A DNA stretch of 32,000 bases, from the NCBI RefSeq assembly GCF_000020025.1, contig NC_010628.1, forward strand, positions 3,540,001-3,572,000. Reading direction: 5' to 3'. This document shows, piece after piece, positions 1-10,142 of the stretch. Below the pieces are notes generated by a model. The model saw only the letters and a list, made by a program, of their open reading frames with translations. It searched no databases and was not told the DNA's origin. The DNA is from Nostoc punctiforme PCC 73102. Lineage in GTDB: Bacteria; Cyanobacteriota; Cyanobacteriia; Cyanobacteriales; Nostocaceae. Numbering within the stretch: position 1 is the first letter of the stretch; every line of letters starts with the position of its first letter. The translations under genes were made by a program, and so were the position numbers.

Positions 1-736
1 ATCCTGTCTACCATCTGAGGTTTGGTGATAACTCTTCCACCCTGACTGATTAACGTATTCATTAATTTAGGGACTCTTTTCTACTGACCTTGATCTTGTC
101 TTCGATTTTACGAGTAAAAAGATGAGTTGCCAAATAAAATCATAAAAGTCGAGCCTCCCTTCTCGGTTCGGTAAAGATGCTCGCTCGCGCTCAGTTAATT
201 TAACACTCCCACGCTTAAAAAGCGTAAGATTCTTGAACTGAAACTGCGCTTTTAGGTTAACGCCGATACTGGCGGACGAGCTACCTGTTTGACATACTAC
301 ATTATGATGTCTTTTGGCGATCGCATAAACTCAAGTTAAGTTAGCTAAATACTATCAGGTCGACACCAAAGGATGTTTAATGGCCAGTCGCTTCTCTGTA
401 AGAGGCTACACCAAACTCCAACGCCTCTACACAACTAGTTCCTTCAACCTTTCCAACTGCGATTCTGCATATCTTGCTTGCGATTGGGCTTATTCCCTGG
501 TTAATCTTTCCTGTTTCAGAGACACTTTCGCTGATATTTCTGGAAGTGTCATCCTGTCAGATATTAATCGCAAAGGAAACAAAATAGCTATATCAGGATA
601 AATTTGTGAGTCATTCTCGCTTTTTTTTGCCTTTTTATCAGAATGGCAAGACTATTTAGTACAGCGATCGCTACATTAGAAGATATATATAAATAAAAAT
701 CATTGTTGATTTTTCGTTCGCAGTTCACACAAAACC

Positions 737-2848
737 ATGAGTGCAAGTACCATTATTTCCGACAATCCCCTACTTCAAGGCGTTGGTTTACCTCCCTTTG
801 CAGAGATTAAACCAGAACGAGTAGTACCAGCCTTCAATCAGTTGTTGGCAGAACTAGACCAGCAGCTTGCCACCTTAGAAGCTAGTGTACAGCCTACTTG
901 GAGTGGTTTAGTAGAACCCTTAGAAAAGCTGACAGAAAGGCTTACCTGGAGTTGGGGGGTGGTGAATCATTTAATGGGTGTTAAAAATAGCCCGGAACTG
1001 CGCGAAGCTCATGAAATCGTACAGCCACTAGTTGTACAATTTATCAACAAGCTCGGTCAAAGTCAACCTATCTACAATGCTTTTAAAGCACTCCGTACCA
1101 GTGAGAATTGGGCAACTTTAGAATTAGCTCAACAGCGCATTGTAGAAGCCGCCATTCGAGATGCAGAACTTTCTGGTGTTGGCTTAGAAGGAGAGGTAAG
1201 AGAGCGTTTCAACGCCATACAAATGGAGTTAGCAGAACTTTCTACCAAATTTTCTAACCATGTACTTGATGCCACGAAAGCCTTCAGCTTAACCCTAACA
1301 ACACAAGCGGAAATTGAAGGTTTACCACCAAGCTTAGTGAGTCTAGCAGCTCAAGTTGCTCGTGCAGCAGGCGAAAGTAACGCCACACCAGAAAATGGCC
1401 CTTGGCGGATTACTTTAGACTTCCCCAGCTATGGCCCTTTCATGCAGCACAGCACCCGGCGAGATTTGCGTGAAAAGCTCTACAAAGCTCATATCACCCG
1501 CGCTTCTACTGGCGATTTAGATAACAACCCCTTAATTGAGCGCATTTTGAAGTTGCGCCAAGAACTCGCAGATATATTAGGCTTTAAAAGTTTTGCCCAA
1601 TTGAGTCTGGCTAGTAAAATGGCTCCTAATGTTGAGGCAGTCAACGCCCTATTAGAAGAACTACGCCATGCTAGTTATGATGCTGCTGTCAAAGACTTGG
1701 TAGAACTCAAAGCTTTTGCAGCAGCACAGGGAGCAGCAGAAGCTGAGGATTTAAAACACTGGGATATCAGCTTTTGGGCAGAACGCCAACGAGAAGCAAA
1801 ATTTGCCTTTACTGCTGAAGAATTGCGTCCCTACTTCCCGCTTCCCCAAGTGTTAGACGGCTTATTTGGATTAGTCAAGCGGCTGTTTGGTGTTACTGTC
1901 ACTTCTGCCGATGGTCAAGCCCCAGTCTGGCATGAGGATGTGCGTTATTTCCAAATTGCTGACGAAACTGGTTCTCCCATAGCCTACTTCTACTTAGACC
2001 CTTACAGCCGTCCAGCCGAAAAACGCGGTGGTGCTTGGATGGATGTGTGCATCAATCGGGCCAAAATCACTGAAAATGGTGTCACTGCCATCCGCTTACC
2101 TGTAGCTTATTTGGTGTGTAATCAAAGTCCTCCTGTAGATGGTAAACCTAGTTTGATGACCTTCTATGAAGTAGAGACTTTGTTCCACGAGTTTGGTCAT
2201 GGATTGCACCATCTGCTTACTAAGGTTAATTATCCCGGAGCCGCAGGCATCAATAATGTGGAGTGGGATGCAGTGGAACTACCTAGTCAGTTTATGGAAA
2301 ACTGGTGCTATGAGCGAACCACTTTCTTTGGAATGGCGAAGCATTATGAAACTGGTGAAGCCTTACCGGAGCATTATTATCAAAAACTGCTAGCGGCGCG
2401 TAATTATATGAGTGGTACTGCTATGTTGCGGCAGATTCACCTAAGCAGTCTTGATTTAGAACTACACTACCGCTATCACCCTGGTAGTAGTGAAACTCCA
2501 TCAGATGTGCGTCATCGCATAGCCAAGACTACTACCGTTTTACAGCCACTTCCAGAAGATGCAATTTTATGTGCTTTTGGGCATATTTTTGAGGGTGGTT
2601 ATGCAGCGGGTTACTACAGTTACAAGTGGGCTGAGGTACTGAGTGCTGATGCTTTTGCCGCTTTTGAAGAAGCTGGTCTAGAAGATGAAGAGGCTATAAA
2701 AGCTACAGGTCGGCGTTATCGGGATACGGTACTAGCACTTGGTGGTGGTCAGCATCCAATGGAGGTGTTTAAAACTTTCCGGGGTCGTGAACCAAGTACG
2801 ATCGCTTTGCTCAGGCACAATGGTTTAGTCAGTGCTGCTGTAAACTAA
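737..2848 (+). CDS. prlC: Oligopeptidase A (M3 family zinc metallopeptidase)
   Basis: 703-aa ORF with the thermolysin-type zinc motif HEFGH (TLFHEFGHGLHH). Its length and C-terminal GGYAAGYYSYKWAEVLSADAF block are typical of M3 oligopeptidase A / Dcp-like enzymes. Confidence 0.9.
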   Translation: MSASTIISDNPLLQGVGLPPFAEIKPERVVPAFNQLLAELDQQLATLEASVQPTWSGLVEPLEKLTERLTWSWGVVNHLMGVKNSPELREAHEIVQPLVVQFINKLGQSQPIYNAFKALRTSENWATLELAQQRIVEAAIRDAELSGVGLEGEVRERFNAIQMELAELSTKFSNHVLDATKAFSLTLTTQAEIEGLPPSLVSLAAQVARAAGESNATPENGPWRITLDFPSYGPFMQHSTRRDLREKLYKAHITRASTGDLDNNPLIERILKLRQELADILGFKSFAQLSLASKMAPNVEAVNALLEELRHASYDAAVKDLVELKAFAAAQGAAEAEDLKHWDISFWAERQREAKFAFTAEELRPYFPLPQVLDGLFGLVKRLFGVTVTSADGQAPVWHEDVRYFQIADETGSPIAYFYLDPYSRPAEKRGGAWMDVCINRAKITENGVTAIRLPVAYLVCNQSPPVDGKPSLMTFYEVETLFHEFGHGLHHLLTKVNYPGAAGINNVEWDAVELPSQFMENWCYERTTFFGMAKHYETGEALPEHYYQKLLAARNYMSGTAMLRQIHLSSLDLELHYRYHPGSSETPSDVRHRIAKTTTVLQPLPEDAILCAFGHIFEGGYAAGYYSYKWAEVLSADAFAAFEEAGLEDEEAIKATGRRYRDTVLALGGGQHPMEVFKTFRGREPSTIALLRHNGLVSAAVN

Positions 2849-2859
2849 ATAATATTAGT

Positions 2860-2888
2860 GTAGGGAGATTGCATTGCAACCTCCCTAC
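2860..2888 (+). terminator. Stem-loop just downstream of the oligopeptidase stop codon
   Basis: Perfect 8-bp inverted repeat GTAGGGAG...CTCCCTAC starting 12 nt after the stop. No clear T-tract follows, so terminator function is uncertain. Confidence 0.35.
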
Positions 2889-2995
2889 TCGCGTCAAATC
2901 TTTGTTATCTAGCATCTAGCGATCGCAAAGCTCGTTATTCTGATACTAGTGGATTTTACCCCAAGTCTTGCCCTGTCGAAGTGACAGGGAAAGAC

Positions 2996-3409
2996 TTAAA
3001 CTTTAGACGTGAGAAACCTTGATATTTCCGCATGTGCCAACACAGCAGATGGTTCGCGCTGGAGAGCATTGTAATACTTTCTCTCAAAAGTATTACCTGT
3101 CTCTAACGGTACAATCAGGGTGCGGACATCAGCAATCAACTTTTCAAAATCTTCCAAAGATATCGGTTCATCTGCTTCGAGCATTTCATCAACTTGCACA
3201 ACCACCTCAGAAATGCGATGTAGCCAGGCAAATTGTTCATGAGCGATAACTAGCTGAAGTAATTCTCCGCTTGATACTCGTCCACTAACCTGTTCATAGG
3301 CAATGCGTTCTGTTTCCAACAACATTTTATGAAGGTGGAGTAATTTATTTCGTAAATCACGCAGATATTGATGTTGACGTATTCTTTGTGAAAGTGTGTT
3401 AGAAGTCAA
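2996..3409 (-). CDS. Hypothetical helical protein (137 aa)
   Basis: Clean ORF with ordinary amino-acid composition. The plus-strand ORF overlapping it (3019..3249) looks spurious. A 15-bp imperfect hairpin (2963-2997) overlaps its stop. No motif recognised. Confidence 0.6.
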   Translation of the reverse strand: MTSNTLSQRIRQHQYLRDLRNKLLHLHKMLLETERIAYEQVSGRVSSGELLQLVIAHEQFAWLHRISEVVVQVDEMLEADEPISLEDFEKLIADVRTLIVPLETGNTFERKYYNALQREPSAVLAHAEISRFLTSKV

Positions 3410-3836
3410 TGTTACTCATCCTCTCGTTACAATAGCCTTCAATGGCTTAAATAATTGCTGCGTCAGTATCGATACGCGAATAGACTGTAGCGAACAACTG
3501 GCTTGTTGAGTGATACCGTAGCGATGCGTAGACGCTTGCTTGCCGCTCCAACTTTATCTTCACGACACTCTATCTAGTAAGATTCCCATCTGGTTACAGG
3601 CTCGACACTCAACATACATCGCCACTTTTGCACCGTCTTGTGCAAACAGCACCATTAACCATCTGCCCAATCTCAGTTCATATATTCGGTTTCCTTGTTA
3701 AGAGCGTGAAAATCAACATATCTTTTTATAACGGTTGTATCTTATATTGGATTAATCATATATTAGCATAAACTTATAAGAAGTAGATAGTTATAGAACC
3801 TAGTGAGAAAATGTCAATTATGGGAAAACAGCCTTA

Positions 3837-4403
3837 ATGTCCCTAGCATACGTAATTCTAGGCCTTCTTCAGCAGCAAGAAATGACGGGCTACGACCTCA
3901 AAACGAGCTGCTTTGATCAATGTATTGCCCATTTGTGGCCAGCAGACCAGGCACAAATTTACAGAACTCTCGATAAGCTCGTTGAGCAAGGCTGGATTAC
4001 CTGTACGATTGAGATTCAGCACGATCGCCCCAATCGCAAAGTTTACACTGTGACGGAGCTAGGGAAAGCTGAATTTGCCCAATGGCTTGGGACTCATCAG
4101 CCGTTACCAACTTTACGAGAACCTTTGCTAGTCCAGTTGCATTTTGCAGATCAGTTGTCGAATGAAGCAATCATTCACCTACTGGAGCAACAATTGGGGG
4201 CTCGAAGCAGAAAGCTTGCTGAATGCGAAATCATTGATTTGCCATCACTTGGTGATGAGTCTGCTAACCGTGAGCAGGTAATGCAAAGGCTGGTGCTGGA
4301 GTTGTTAATCAGAAGAGAACAGACTTATATTAATTGGTTGAAGACAGCGATTAAAGTTATCGCTCACCAAAAGCCATATCCATCACATTACCAAATTTTA
4401 TAA
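3837..4403 (+). CDS. PadR family transcriptional regulator
   Basis: N-terminal winged-helix signature typical of PadR (ILGLL...MTGYDL...QIYRTLDKLVEQGWI) followed by a C-terminal helical dimerisation region. Its stop codon abuts the next ATG. Confidence 0.85.
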   Translation: MSLAYVILGLLQQQEMTGYDLKTSCFDQCIAHLWPADQAQIYRTLDKLVEQGWITCTIEIQHDRPNRKVYTVTELGKAEFAQWLGTHQPLPTLREPLLVQLHFADQLSNEAIIHLLEQQLGARSRKLAECEIIDLPSLGDESANREQVMQRLVLELLIRREQTYINWLKTAIKVIAHQKPYPSHYQIL

Positions 4404-5786
4404 ATGCCAACAATAGCAGTAAATCCTTATCTCGATCGCAATTTTGCTCCAATCCGTGAAGAAATCACCACCGACAAATTGCCAGTTATCGGTGAATTAC
4501 CCCTTGATTTATCGGGGATGTTTGTACGGAATGGCCCTAACCCTCAATGGACACCCATCGGTCAATATCACTGGTTTGATGGTGATGGAATGTTACATGG
4601 TGTGCAAATTAGCAACGGCGTAGCCACTTATCGTAACCGCTACGTCCAGACATCTGGATGGAAAAAAGAACGAGAAGCGGGTGAGGCTTTGTGGAGTGGG
4701 CTTTTAGAACCACCGCGAATGGATAATCCCCACGGCCCTCGCAAAAATACTGCCAATACTGCCTTGGTATGGCACGCGGGTCAGATGTTGGCGCTGAACG
4801 AAAGTGGTAAACCTCACGCCATCAAGCTTCCTGAATTGGAAACCATTGGCGAGTATAGCTACAATGGGAAGCTAATCTCTGCCTTCACAGCTCATCCCAA
4901 GGTAGACCCGGTGACGGGCGAGATGATCTTCTTTGGCTACTCTGTATTTACGCCACCATACCTGCAATATAGTGTTGTCTCAGCACAAGGCGAACTTTTG
5001 CGGACAGTGCCAATTGACCTGTCTATAGGAGTGATGATGCACGATTTCGCCATCACTGAAAACTACACCATTTTCATGGATTTGCCGTTGACTTTTAGCG
5101 CCGAGCGATCGCAACGAGGAGAACCTGTGATGATGTTTGAGCGCGATCGCCCCAGTCGTTTTGGAATTGTACCGCGTCATGGTGACAACAGTAATATCCG
5201 ATGGTTTGAGAGCCCCTCTTGCTACGTCTTCCATACCCTCAACGCTTACGAAGATGGAGATGAAGTAGTGCTTATCGCCTGTCGTATGAGTTCTACTACT
5301 GTGTTGATTTCTGATGATTCCCAACCCGACCCAGAAGGAAACATCCCGCGTTTGTATCGCTGGCGATTTAACCTCAGCACAGGGACAGTGCGTGAGGAAA
5401 TGTTGGACGATGTAACTTCAGAATTTCCCCGCATCAACGAAAATCTATTGGGGCGGCAAACCCGATATGGCTACACTAACAAAATTGCAAATAGTCCCGT
5501 ACCATTATTTGAAGGTATAATTAAGTACGATTTCAGTAGTGGAAAGTCACAAACCCACAAATTCGGACAGGGACGCTATGGTAGTGAAGCTGTGTTTGCG
5601 CCGCGTCCTGGTGCAATTGCTGAGGATGATGGCTGGCTTGTGACTTTCGTTCATGATGAGAATTCAAATACTTCAGAATTAGTAGTGGTAAATGCTCAAG
5701 ATGTAACTGCTGAACCTGTAGCGCGGGTGATAATTCCTCAACGAGTGCCTTATGGATTTCATGGTACTTGGGTTGCACAGGAATAG
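4404..5786 (+). CDS. Carotenoid/apocarotenoid cleavage oxygenase (RPE65/CCO family)
   Basis: 460-aa ORF carrying the four conserved iron-ligand His contexts of the CCO family (FTAHPKVDP, MMHDFAIT, YVFHTLNAY, YGFHGTW). The N-terminal NFAP motif is also typical of the family. Confidence 0.9.
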   Translation: MPTIAVNPYLDRNFAPIREEITTDKLPVIGELPLDLSGMFVRNGPNPQWTPIGQYHWFDGDGMLHGVQISNGVATYRNRYVQTSGWKKEREAGEALWSGLLEPPRMDNPHGPRKNTANTALVWHAGQMLALNESGKPHAIKLPELETIGEYSYNGKLISAFTAHPKVDPVTGEMIFFGYSVFTPPYLQYSVVSAQGELLRTVPIDLSIGVMMHDFAITENYTIFMDLPLTFSAERSQRGEPVMMFERDRPSRFGIVPRHGDNSNIRWFESPSCYVFHTLNAYEDGDEVVLIACRMSSTTVLISDDSQPDPEGNIPRLYRWRFNLSTGTVREEMLDDVTSEFPRINENLLGRQTRYGYTNKIANSPVPLFEGIIKYDFSSGKSQTHKFGQGRYGSEAVFAPRPGAIAEDDGWLVTFVHDENSNTSELVVVNAQDVTAEPVARVIIPQRVPYGFHGTWVAQE

Positions 5787-5823
5787 CTGGGCGGTTGAAC
5801 AAGAGGCAAGGGAGCAGGGTGTA

Positions 5824-5837
5824 GGGGGTCTGCCCCC
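5824..5837. terminator. GC hairpin between convergent genes
   Basis: GGGGG-TCTG-CCCCC sits in the 66-bp gap between the convergent oxygenase and CAP-domain genes. Confidence 0.4.
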
Positions 5838-5852
5838 ATTTCCTAACTCAAA

Positions 5853-6557
5853 TTATTTTTCCCTATAACCCCCAGCGTAGTCAATTACGCAGATTGTTCT
5901 ATATGATTTGTGAGTTCCATAAGCAACGCCAGACACTTTAAAAGCGCCGTTAAATATATTTTTTCTATGGCCGCGATCGCGCACACCATCATCAATAATT
6001 AATTGCATGACGATATCTTGGGCAGTGTTTGGGCCATAGCTAATATTTTCGCCAGCCGTTGTTTGCCATGCACCATAGCGGTTGATGCGAGTAAAAGGGT
6101 TGCTACCATCGCTACCATCATGACCTGTAACACCTCTTGGCCCTTGGTCTTTAACATGGTCTTTTGCTCCTAAAGACATACCTTTAGAAGCACTTAAAGC
6201 TCCTACAGGACGTGCAGATTTCAAAAATGCGATCGCTTCATCGACTGCTTTGACTCCTTCTTGAGTTCGCAAATAGGTATTGTTAAAAATTTTGACTCGG
6301 TTCCCTTCAAAGCGCTTCCTATAGTTTTCCAGAATCGGGAGATATGACTTGGGATTTGTTCGTACCTTATTGGTTTCAACAATTACCTGTTGTTCAAGTG
6401 GTGAAAGGTAACTCGCCTTTGCTAATAAAGTTGGACTGGTTGGTTGAACTACTGCTGGGTTAGAGTTTGCCACAGATGGACTAGATTGAAATAGTTGATT
6501 TGAGCAACCGAATATTAGGGTAACTGGCAAAAGTACCCAAAGTTTAATGCGATGCAT
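5853..6557 (-). CDS. CAP/SCP (PR-1-like, YkwD-type) domain lipoprotein
   Basis: Signal peptide with a lipobox-like LIFGC. The C-terminal CAP-domain motifs (NRYGAW...GENISYG, GHRKNIF) are typical of bacterial SCP/YkwD proteins. Confidence 0.8.
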   Translation of the reverse strand: MHRIKLWVLLPVTLIFGCSNQLFQSSPSVANSNPAVVQPTSPTLLAKASYLSPLEQQVIVETNKVRTNPKSYLPILENYRKRFEGNRVKIFNNTYLRTQEGVKAVDEAIAFLKSARPVGALSASKGMSLGAKDHVKDQGPRGVTGHDGSDGSNPFTRINRYGAWQTTAGENISYGPNTAQDIVMQLIIDDGVRDRGHRKNIFNGAFKVSGVAYGTHKSYRTICVIDYAGGYREK

Positions 6558-7102
6558 TCATTACCTCACAATTTTTTTATGGATTAATTTAGTGAATTAG
6601 GAAAAATAATAGTTTTCAACACACAGAGAAGTTTGTAAACGCTTCTTTATTCAAAATTTTAGAAGCGGCTTGTTGTCAGACATCAGAATTTATATCAGTT
6701 CCCTAAAAAGAACGAAAATGAGTTTATCGAGAGTTATAGATAACGCTGTGATGGTCTTTGTTCCTTGAGTGTTAAAAAGGATTACTTAATACTTGTTGTA
6801 ACCTATCTAATACTCAAACGTAAACCACAAAAAATGTTTTTACTTGATTACGCCTGTTTTTAACTACAATAATTTAGAACCCTTATCAAATATAACGCAA
6901 ACGAAAACTTTGCATATTTGCGTTTGCGAAAAAAACGCAGAGTTTATATCGTATCTGCCTAAACAAGTGTTATTGCGATCGCTTTTTCTCAGTGTAGGGA
7001 AACAAGCCCGAAAAAACCTTGCGATGGCGCAAGCGCCCGCCGTAGGCGATCGCTAATTTTACTCGCAATTAACTAATGACGTGTGATTTACCAGATATGA
7101 TA

Positions 7103-8230
7103 TTACACTTTGACAAACCAACGTTGCCGATACATCAGAACACCAACACCCCACCACAACAACACAGTGACTATGGCAAACAACAGGGAACCATTCAGAA
7201 CTCCCGCCCAAGATGCGAAAAAATTCTGGTAAATCCAATTGTAGGTACTGGGAGCGTCTTTAGCTGTGCCGATAGTGGTTTTCACTAAAATTTTAATCAA
7301 CAAAACGGATGGAACGAAAAGTGCGATCGCATTTAAGCCCATAATTTCAAAAGGTTTACTCCAGCGACGATTCAGCCGGACTTCGATGAGTTCATAACAA
7401 GCTGCTAGCAAAATTAAAGCCCAACCGCTACTAAAGACTACATAAGAACTTGTCCACAGCTTTTTGTTGATGGGAAATGTCCACCCCCACGCCCAACCAA
7501 TAATTAAACAGCCAACTCCAAATAATCCTAACCCGATACTTGTACGTGATTGTACAGGTTGGCTGCGTATCCATTGACCAGTGAAGTAGCCAGCTAGAAC
7601 GCTTACTATCGCGGGAATAGTACTGAACAGTCCCTCTGGATCTCCCATAAATTTGAAACCATCACCTTTATATAGATGTGCTTTGGGAATAATCATCCGG
7701 TCAATATAAGCGCCCAAATTACCTTCTCGTGTTAGAACTCCCGCGCCATAATCTGGCACTGGTAGATACATCATCATTAGCCAGTAGCCGATGAGTATTA
7801 CTGCTGCGAGTATCCATTGACCTTTGCGCGGAAGGTTGAGAACTATCAAGGAAGCCAACAGATAGGTAATGCTGATGCGCTGCAATACTCCCATAATGCG
7901 GATGCTACTCAAATCAAAAGTCCAAACACCTTGATTCCAAAAGCCATTTAGTAACAATCCCAAGGCAAACAGAATAGCGGCGCGGCGTAAGATGCGCCAG
8001 TAAATAGCTGAGGTTGGTTTGTTATCTTCGGTGTACTTTGACAGCGAGAAAGTCATCGCTACACCAACAATAAAGAGAAAGAAAGGGAATACCAAATCAG
8101 TTGGCGTGCAACCGTGCCAATCGGCGTGGGCTAAGGGAGGATATATATTATCTGCGACTCCCGCCATATTGACGAGAATCATAGCAGCGATCGTAATGCC
8201 GCGAAAAACATCCAGTGAAGTCAGGCGCAT
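7103..8230 (-). CDS. Polytopic membrane acyltransferase, heparan-alpha-glucosaminide N-acetyltransferase-like (DUF1624/DUF5009)
   Basis: The N-terminus RLTSLDVFRGITIAAMILVN is the hallmark start of this family. About 10 hydrophobic segments follow. Confidence 0.75.
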   Translation of the reverse strand: MRLTSLDVFRGITIAAMILVNMAGVADNIYPPLAHADWHGCTPTDLVFPFFLFIVGVAMTFSLSKYTEDNKPTSAIYWRILRRAAILFALGLLLNGFWNQGVWTFDLSSIRIMGVLQRISITYLLASLIVLNLPRKGQWILAAVILIGYWLMMMYLPVPDYGAGVLTREGNLGAYIDRMIIPKAHLYKGDGFKFMGDPEGLFSTIPAIVSVLAGYFTGQWIRSQPVQSRTSIGLGLFGVGCLIIGWAWGWTFPINKKLWTSSYVVFSSGWALILLAACYELIEVRLNRRWSKPFEIMGLNAIALFVPSVLLIKILVKTTIGTAKDAPSTYNWIYQNFFASWAGVLNGSLLFAIVTVLLWWGVGVLMYRQRWFVKV

Positions 8231-8348
8231 AAGGGGAATTTTTTCTTTGATGAGTATCTAAGCTACCCCGCCTGATGCAGCTAATCAAGCAAAATTTATA
8301 TACTCGGATACAAGGTAAAATTTTGTTAAGTAATTACCACCACTTGTT

Positions 8349-8807
8349 ATGCCAATCAAAGTTGGAGATACCGCTCCTAATTTCACTCTACCTGCTCAAA
8401 ACGGTTCAACAGTTAGCCTCCAAGATTTTCGCGGCACAAAAGCTGTTGTCCTATATTTTTATCCCAAGGATGACACACCCGGATGTACGGCTGAATCCTG
8501 CGCCTTTCGCGATCAATATGAAGTGTTTAAAAGTGTTGGTGCTGAAGTTGTCGGCGTGAGTGCTGACTCTAGCGAATCTCACCAAAAATTTGCTGCGAAA
8601 TATAATCTACCTTTTACCCTGTTAACTGACAAAGGCGACCAAGTACGGAAGCTATATGGCGCAACAGCAGCCTTTGGCTTATTCCCTGGTCGCGTTACTT
8701 ACGTCATTGACCAACAGGGAGTTGTGCAATACGTGTTTGATTCAATGTTGAACTTTAAAGGTCATGTTGAGGAAGCATTGAAAACTTTGCAACAGATTGC
8801 AAAATAG
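8349..8807 (+). CDS. bcp: Peroxiredoxin Q / bacterioferritin comigratory protein
   Basis: 152 aa with the peroxidatic and resolving Cys context [16 protein letters not shown], typical of BCP/PrxQ. Confidence 0.9.
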   Translation: MPIKVGDTAPNFTLPAQNGSTVSLQDFRGTKAVVLYFYPKDDTPGCTAESCAFRDQYEVFKSVGAEVVGVSADSSESHQKFAAKYNLPFTLLTDKGDQVRKLYGATAAFGLFPGRVTYVIDQQGVVQYVFDSMLNFKGHVEEALKTLQQIAK

Positions 8808-8810
8808 GAT

Positions 8811-8836
8811 ATTGGGCATTGGGCATTGGGCATTGG
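8811..8836. repeat. Tandem heptamer repeat (ATTGGGC x3.7), STRR-like
   Basis: attgggc attgggc attgggc attgg lies directly after the bcp stop. A C-rich partial complement (8858-8878) follows and could pair with it. Confidence 0.8.
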
Positions 8837-8876
8837 TTATTTCTCCCTCATCTCCCTATGCCCCATACCCCATTCC

Positions 8877-9521
8877 CTATTTAGAATGCGACTTTTCCGG
8901 CATGGCAATATTAGTGTGGCTTGACTTGCCATTCTTGCCGTTAGTATGACCGTTACCATTGCGGGGATGAATCACACCATAACCGCCGTGGTTGCGTTCG
9001 TAAATTACATTAATCTCTCCAGTTTCAGAATTGCGGAACATATAAAAGTCGTGTCCCACAAGTTGCAGTTGTTCCAGGGCTTCTGCAAGGGTCATCGGTG
9101 GCATGGAAAAGTATTTGGTGCGGACGACTTCGTTGGGCAATTCAGGAGTGCGATCGCCAATTAAATCTGGGACTACCGACTCTGCAACAACTACTTCTGT
9201 TGGTTGGGACTGAGTTTTCTGATCTTGACGGCGTTCTTTATATTTCCGCAGTTGACGGGCAATTTTATCTGCTACTAAGTCAATGCTGGCATATAGATTT
9301 TCGCTACTTTCCTCGGCACGGATAACGCTGCCATTAGCGTAAATAGTTACTTCAGCTGCTTGTCTAGTATTAATCCGAGGATTACGGGCTACGCTAAGAT
9401 GCACATCCACTTCATTTGTGATGCTCTGAAAGTGACTAGCTGCTTTTTCAATCTTTTGATGTACATATTCCCGAATCGCATCGGTGATTTCAATATTTTT
9501 GCTGTGGATGACAAGCTTCAT
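8877..9521 (-). CDS. hpf: Long ribosome hibernation promoting factor (LrtA-type HPF)
   Basis: N-terminal S30AE/sigma-54-modulation fold ([20 protein letters not shown]...). The C-terminal dimerisation domain ([26 protein letters not shown]) is characteristic of long HPF. Confidence 0.9.
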   Translation of the reverse strand: MKLVIHSKNIEITDAIREYVHQKIEKAASHFQSITNEVDVHLSVARNPRINTRQAAEVTIYANGSVIRAEESSENLYASIDLVADKIARQLRKYKERRQDQKTQSQPTEVVVAESVVPDLIGDRTPELPNEVVRTKYFSMPPMTLAEALEQLQLVGHDFYMFRNSETGEINVIYERNHGGYGVIHPRNGNGHTNGKNGKSSHTNIAMPEKSHSK

Positions 9522-10142
9522 GTAAACTCTCCCACTGAATATTTGATGTGTGAATTTGCTTTGTATGAAAAGAAATTGCGGTAAAGTCTATTACTCCCGC
9601 CAAAACAAATTGTGAACTGTTTCTATCTACTGCTGGTAAGCTATTTTTAAGCTTACTGCATCTAAGTTTTTGCTCATTAATACCCTTAATTTTCCTCCTC
9701 ATCTCTGCGCTGATATCCAATTGGATTTCCACATAGAACTATTTGGCGAGGAAATTTGAGCGGTAGCTCTCGTAACTGTCTTCTCTATTAAAACAACGCT
9801 TACAGAACTGTTAATAGTTGCTCCTTCTGTGTCCGATTGAGGTTTGCTCGCTGTCGATCAACAACACGAGATTTGTAGAAGTTGATCTTGCTTTAATAAT
9901 GTGCAAACAAGATTATTAGAGTCATCAGCCAGTGCATCGTTCTTAATTGTCTTGGCATGATGCTTATTGCAGAGAATTCCTCCTAAAACCTATTGAGGTT
10001 GTATATTCAAACTAGCACTTTGTATTTTCTAATGCATGTTCCCTTGACTTTCCTTTAAAATCCTTTGCAAATCTTGACACTTTTGGGCTTCAATCCTGTA
10101 AATCGCAATATATTTTGTTCCTAATACCAGTTGATTTTTGGC

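Noticed and set aside
1-60. CTGAG...ACCCTGACTGAT is vaguely reminiscent of a TPP riboswitch core.
   Set aside because: It lacks the conserved CUGAGA and ACCUGAUCUGGAUAAUGCCAGCG elements and is cut by the window edge. It is not supportable.
1-62. Possible edge-truncated genes. One is a plus-strand frame closing at about nt 53. The other is a minus-strand ATG at 62 reading out of the window (MNTLISQGGRVITKPQMVDR...).
   Set aside because: Only about 17-20 codons are visible and nothing is recognisable, so neither can be distinguished from chance.
380-601. 73-aa plus-strand ORF in the region upstream of prlC. It is followed by a weak 5-bp hairpin (606-620) and a T8 run.
   Set aside because: The amino-acid composition is odd, no motif is recognisable and I saw no convincing ribosome-binding site. 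The hairpin/T-run might mark an unidentified transcript, but I cannot support a call. I also could not match 140-300 to any RNA family I know.
6844-7288. Two 70-aa plus-strand ORFs (6844-7056 and 7076-7288) near the 3' end of the acyltransferase gene.
   Set aside because: The first has a non-ATG start in an intergenic region and the second is antisense to the acyltransferase CDS. Neither has a recognisable motif.
9490-9732. 80-aa minus-strand ORF overlapping the hpf start region.
   Set aside because: It overlaps the 5' end of hpf, has low-complexity, improbable sequence and no motif. It is likely a leader-region artefact.
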